Source: Lytechinus pictus
Lineage: Eukaryota
Length of the DNA stretch: 64,000 nt
Assembly (NCBI RefSeq): GCF_037042905.1
Contig: NC_087250.1
Coordinates: forward strand, 7,442,001-7,506,000
Direction: 5' to 3'
Shown here: positions 60,263 to 64,000 of the stretch, piece after piece
Position numbering within the stretch: position 1 is the stretch's first letter
How the letters are laid out: the number at the start of each line of letters is the position of its first letter
Position numbers and translations under genes: made by a program
Notes under the pieces: model-generated
The model's database searches: none
The model's input: only the letters and a program-made list of their open reading frames with translations
Told to the model about the DNA's origin: nothing

Positions 60263-61232
60263 AACAAGTGGAATGCCTCTGGCCGTCTCACCTGCATCAC
60301 GCGATTCAATATAGCAGCAGTGCTGATTTTGAAAACTACTATAACTCGCACAAGATGTTCAGTGATACTTGGTTACTCATATTTCCACGTTTTATGAACT
60401 AGACCAATACACTTATAGAGATATGATGGCAATTCAACAAATACCCCCAACGTGGCCAAAGTTCTTTGACCTTACATGACCTTTGACCTTGATCATGTGA
60501 CCTGAAACTCGCACAGGATGTTCAGTGATACTTGATTACTATTATGTCCAAGTTTTATGAACTAGACCAACACACTTTCAAATTTATGGCTGTAATTCAA
60601 CAAATACCCCCATTTGGCCAAAGTTCATTGACCCTAAATGACCTTTGACCTTGATCATGTGACCTGAAACTTGCACAGGATGTTCAGTAATACTTGATTA
60701 CTATTATGTCCAAGTTTCATGAATCAGATCCATAAACTTTCAAAGTTATGATGGTAATTCAACAGATACCCCCAATTCGGCCAAAGTTCATTGACCCTAA
60801 ATGACCTTTGACCTTGGTCATGTGACGTGAAACTCATGCAGGATGTTCAGTGATACTTGATTAACCTTATGTATAAGTTTCATGAACTAGGTCCATATAT
60901 TTTCTAAGTTATGATGACATTTCAAAAACTTAACCTTAGGTTAAGATTTTGATGTTGATTCCCCCAACATGGTCTAAGTTCATTGACCCTAAATGACCTT
61001 TGACCTTGGTCATGTGACATGAAACTCAGGCAGGATGTTCAGTAATACTTGATTAACCTTATGGCCAAGTTTCATGAACTAGGTCCATATACTTTCTAAG
61101 TTATGCTGTCATTTCAAAAACTTAACCTCAGGTTAAGATTTGGTGTTGACGCCGCCGCCGCCGTCGCCGCCGCCGCCGCCGCCGTCGGAAAAGCGGCGCC
61201 TACAGTCTCACTCTGCTATGCAGGTGAGACAA
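60263..61232 (+). mobile_element. Non-autonomous element with subterminal inverted repeats, ~163-bp core tandem repeats and a (GCC)n microsatellite (Helentron/DINE-like architecture)
   Basis: GTCTCACCTGCAT / ATGCAGGTGAGAC; five CA(A/G)GATGTTCAGT units with TGACCTTTGACC; embedded in (TAAA)n. Confidence 0.75.
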
Positions 61233-61588
61233 TAAATGAATAAATAAATGAATAAATTAATTAATTAATAAATAAATTAATAAATAAATAAAGGAATGAA
61301 TGAATAAATTATGTTTAAAAATCAATAAAAAAGAGGTACACAAACTCCATCATGACACAAAGTATTCAATCATAAAGACAACAACTTGGCCTAAATCCAC
61401 ATACAATCAATATAATGACAATTCTAATATTCATGTACATATTCTTTATTCCAAAAGATTCCAATTATAATATACAAATTCTTGTGATACTGTAATATTC
61501 ATACGAAACAATACATGAAAATAGATAACGAAGTCAAATGTTAATGGAATATAAACTATATGAAATATAGCTAGATAGCTCCCTGTGT

Positions 61589-61702
61589 CAGTGGCGGACC
61601 GTGTCCCGGAGGAGACAAAGCATTGGAGGGGCACATCATTGTTCACAAACAATACAGTGCCCCTCCAATACTTTGTCTCCTCCGGGTCACGGTCCGCCAC
61701 TG
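61589..61702. mobile_element. 114-bp hairpin hAT-type MITE
   Basis: CAGTGGCGGACCGTG...CACGGTCCGCCACTG with ~46-bp near-perfect arms; 8-bp TSD CCCTGTGT at 61581-61588 and 61703-61710. Confidence 0.88.
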
Positions 61703-64000
61703 CCCTGTGTTCTCTAACACTTAGGTGCCCCAACAGCACTCAGGAATATATTATTTGAACAAAATTAATTAAAATTAAGTTTCAAATGTTGGAACTAGGA
61801 AAGGCAAATCTAAAATTTACGTCCCGATAACAAAAATGAACGAAAAAATGAACCCCTGATCATCGATCTGCAGAAGTAGTCTGATCAGGGTCCTTTCACA
61901 GTAATCGCTTAATGAAATGGCCTATCAAGATCATCGATGCATGCATGATTTGCTCAGTAGACGGACTAGGAACCAATCAAAACTGTTCTTTCAAATTAGT
62001 GATTAATGGCTAACCTATGTGTTACGGGGAAATGGACGTTAGTATTTGTTCAGAAAACCTATAAAATATTTAATAATAATATCATACATTAATCCTCAAA
62101 ATTTTCAACCTGTTGGGTAAATGGTGGGAGGACTATTATTGGTGTGTATACAATATGCAATGGGTGAGTTTCACTGGTTCCCGAACAAAAGTACTAACAT
62201 CCAGTGCCGGCCGCACAGAAACGTTGTTAGCCTAACAGAGCGCTAACAGTAAGCCCAGTCACATCTTTCGGATTGTGAAGTCAAAACATTTATATCAAGG
62301 CATTATTCTAACATCAGGCATCTCCGCCACCTGGCCACAGGGCCTCTGTTAGTGCATTGTTAGCGCTTACAGGGTCATTCCGTGTCAAATCGCAAAAAAA
62401 AATTAAATTAAAATCGTTCCACTTCGAAGTTTGCTCACATTTGGTATATGGGGTAATTGACAGCATAAAAGAAATTCCAAATTTGGGATTTTAATGAAGA
62501 TTTTAAATTTAATAAGACAAATAATTGCCAACTCAAAGCATTATTTCGGCCCAGGTCGGTGTTTCCTAAAGCTGTTCAGGGGTTACGAGCGACTTTACAA
62601 AAGACTGACGTTCCTTTCCTGGGATCTAAATCATCATCAATGTAAATTTGGTGCGCACATTTTACCTCAAGAAAGGATCACCAGTCATTTGTACCTTTAG
62701 TCTTTCGTGAAGATGTTTGTATCTTACCGAAAGCTTCATGAAATACCCATCAGAATATGAAAAACATGTGTAGTGTAAATAACATCTTATAAAGCAAATA
62801 GATTTCAATGGCTTCAAGAAATTTGACTTAGGCAGAGATATGTGTAGATATAATCGGTAAAATCTACACTGAACAAATCGATAATTAACTCTATTTCTAT
62901 GGGACCACTGCACACCTACAGATGTGTTTCCTTTGCATTTTAGCAGAACCACTTCTTTCCCATCGATGTCCCATTTCATTAAGACATTTTATAACAAATG
63001 CACAATCTTCCTAACAAATTTACAATCAGCCAATCAGATTAAAGCATTACAGTAGCTTTTAACTGTTCTTGCAAATTCATTATCATAACAAGTTTAATGA
63101 AACGGGGCCCATGAATGCACTTTGATGCATCAATGCTGCTTTCATTGAAGACATCCCTTCTACAAATTCACCCCCTTCTCCACTAAAGGCCATCGAACAC
63201 CTTACGATTGGTCTGCGACCCGATTTTGAAAAAAAAAAAACATTGCAAAATTTGATGCGATTTATTGGGACATGGAACATCTAACAGTGTAAAGTTCCAA
63301 ATCATTGTGCGCGAACTTATGTTCATCTTAGCAAAATTCAAGATGTTATTGACAGGAAGTTTACCATATTCTGCTCTGAAACATTCCTTTTCAGTTAGGC
63401 AATTACTTGACTTACAGAAGGTTGACTTCTGCATAGAGTACTGTGTGGTCATAATCCACAGGAAGTCAATTGAAAGAAGGATTATATGGGGGAGGGGGAT
63501 CAATAATCCCACCCCTCGTGGACAATACCAAGGTTCAGGTTCGTTGTAAGGAGCTGTGACTCACAGTAGGGGAAGGCGGGGTAAGTTGAGCATAGGGGCA
63601 AGTTGAGCCACCACCCCCAGGCCAATAATTAATGAGTCAGATATTGTGGTGGTGTCATGTATTGATGACCCATTACATAACCTTCAACCCCACCACATTC
63701 ATTTCAACTTTGAAACAAAACATACTTTTTTAGAGGGAAAAATACAAATTTCAGCAAAAAAAGTACAAAGGGGTGTGAAATAGATCAGTGCTTTTTAACC
63801 CACACACGTCTTTAAATATAATAAAGAAATAAGAACAATATTGTTAGTCCAGGTATGGATTCTCATTCTTGTCATAGTCTTTTACATGATGGATGCATAA
63901 GAAATGTGTGGATGTGAAAAATATTGCATTAAGTTCGGACTGGGGTAATTTGAGCCAGCCAACATGGGGCAAGTTCAGCCATGGTAATTCTTGTAATGTA

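Overview
AT-rich, intron-containing, repeat-dense eukaryotic DNA. The repeat families and gene content suggest a marine invertebrate, most likely a sea urchin (inference). Main contents: (1) two galactose-3-O-sulfotransferase (GAL3ST/Gal-3-0_sulfotr family) paralogs on the + strand, one disrupted (exons 1397-1432, 8171-9172, 9564-10039; MITE in the transmembrane exon, 1-bp frameshift, missing C-terminus) and one with an intact catalytic exon (ORF 50464-51732); (2) a very young, full-length ~9.3-kb Ty3/Gypsy LTR retrotransposon (17948-27232) with near-identical 746-bp LTRs, a tRNA-Leu PBS, a GGGAAAC -1 frameshift signal and one frameshift in integrase; (3) a candidate three-exon, 61-aa single-pass microprotein gene on the - strand (37074-34472) that the ORF track cannot show; (4) many non-autonomous DNA transposons, including a head-to-tail dimer with three target-site copies and 31-32-bp TIR-only elements, plus tRNA-derived SINEs, decayed LINEs, a fold-back array of ~180-bp repeats, a decayed hammerhead-like motif and TCTAGA/AGATCT-rich tracts in putative first introns. 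All calls were made by eye with no database searches, so family assignments of small repeats are tentative and some boundaries are approximate.
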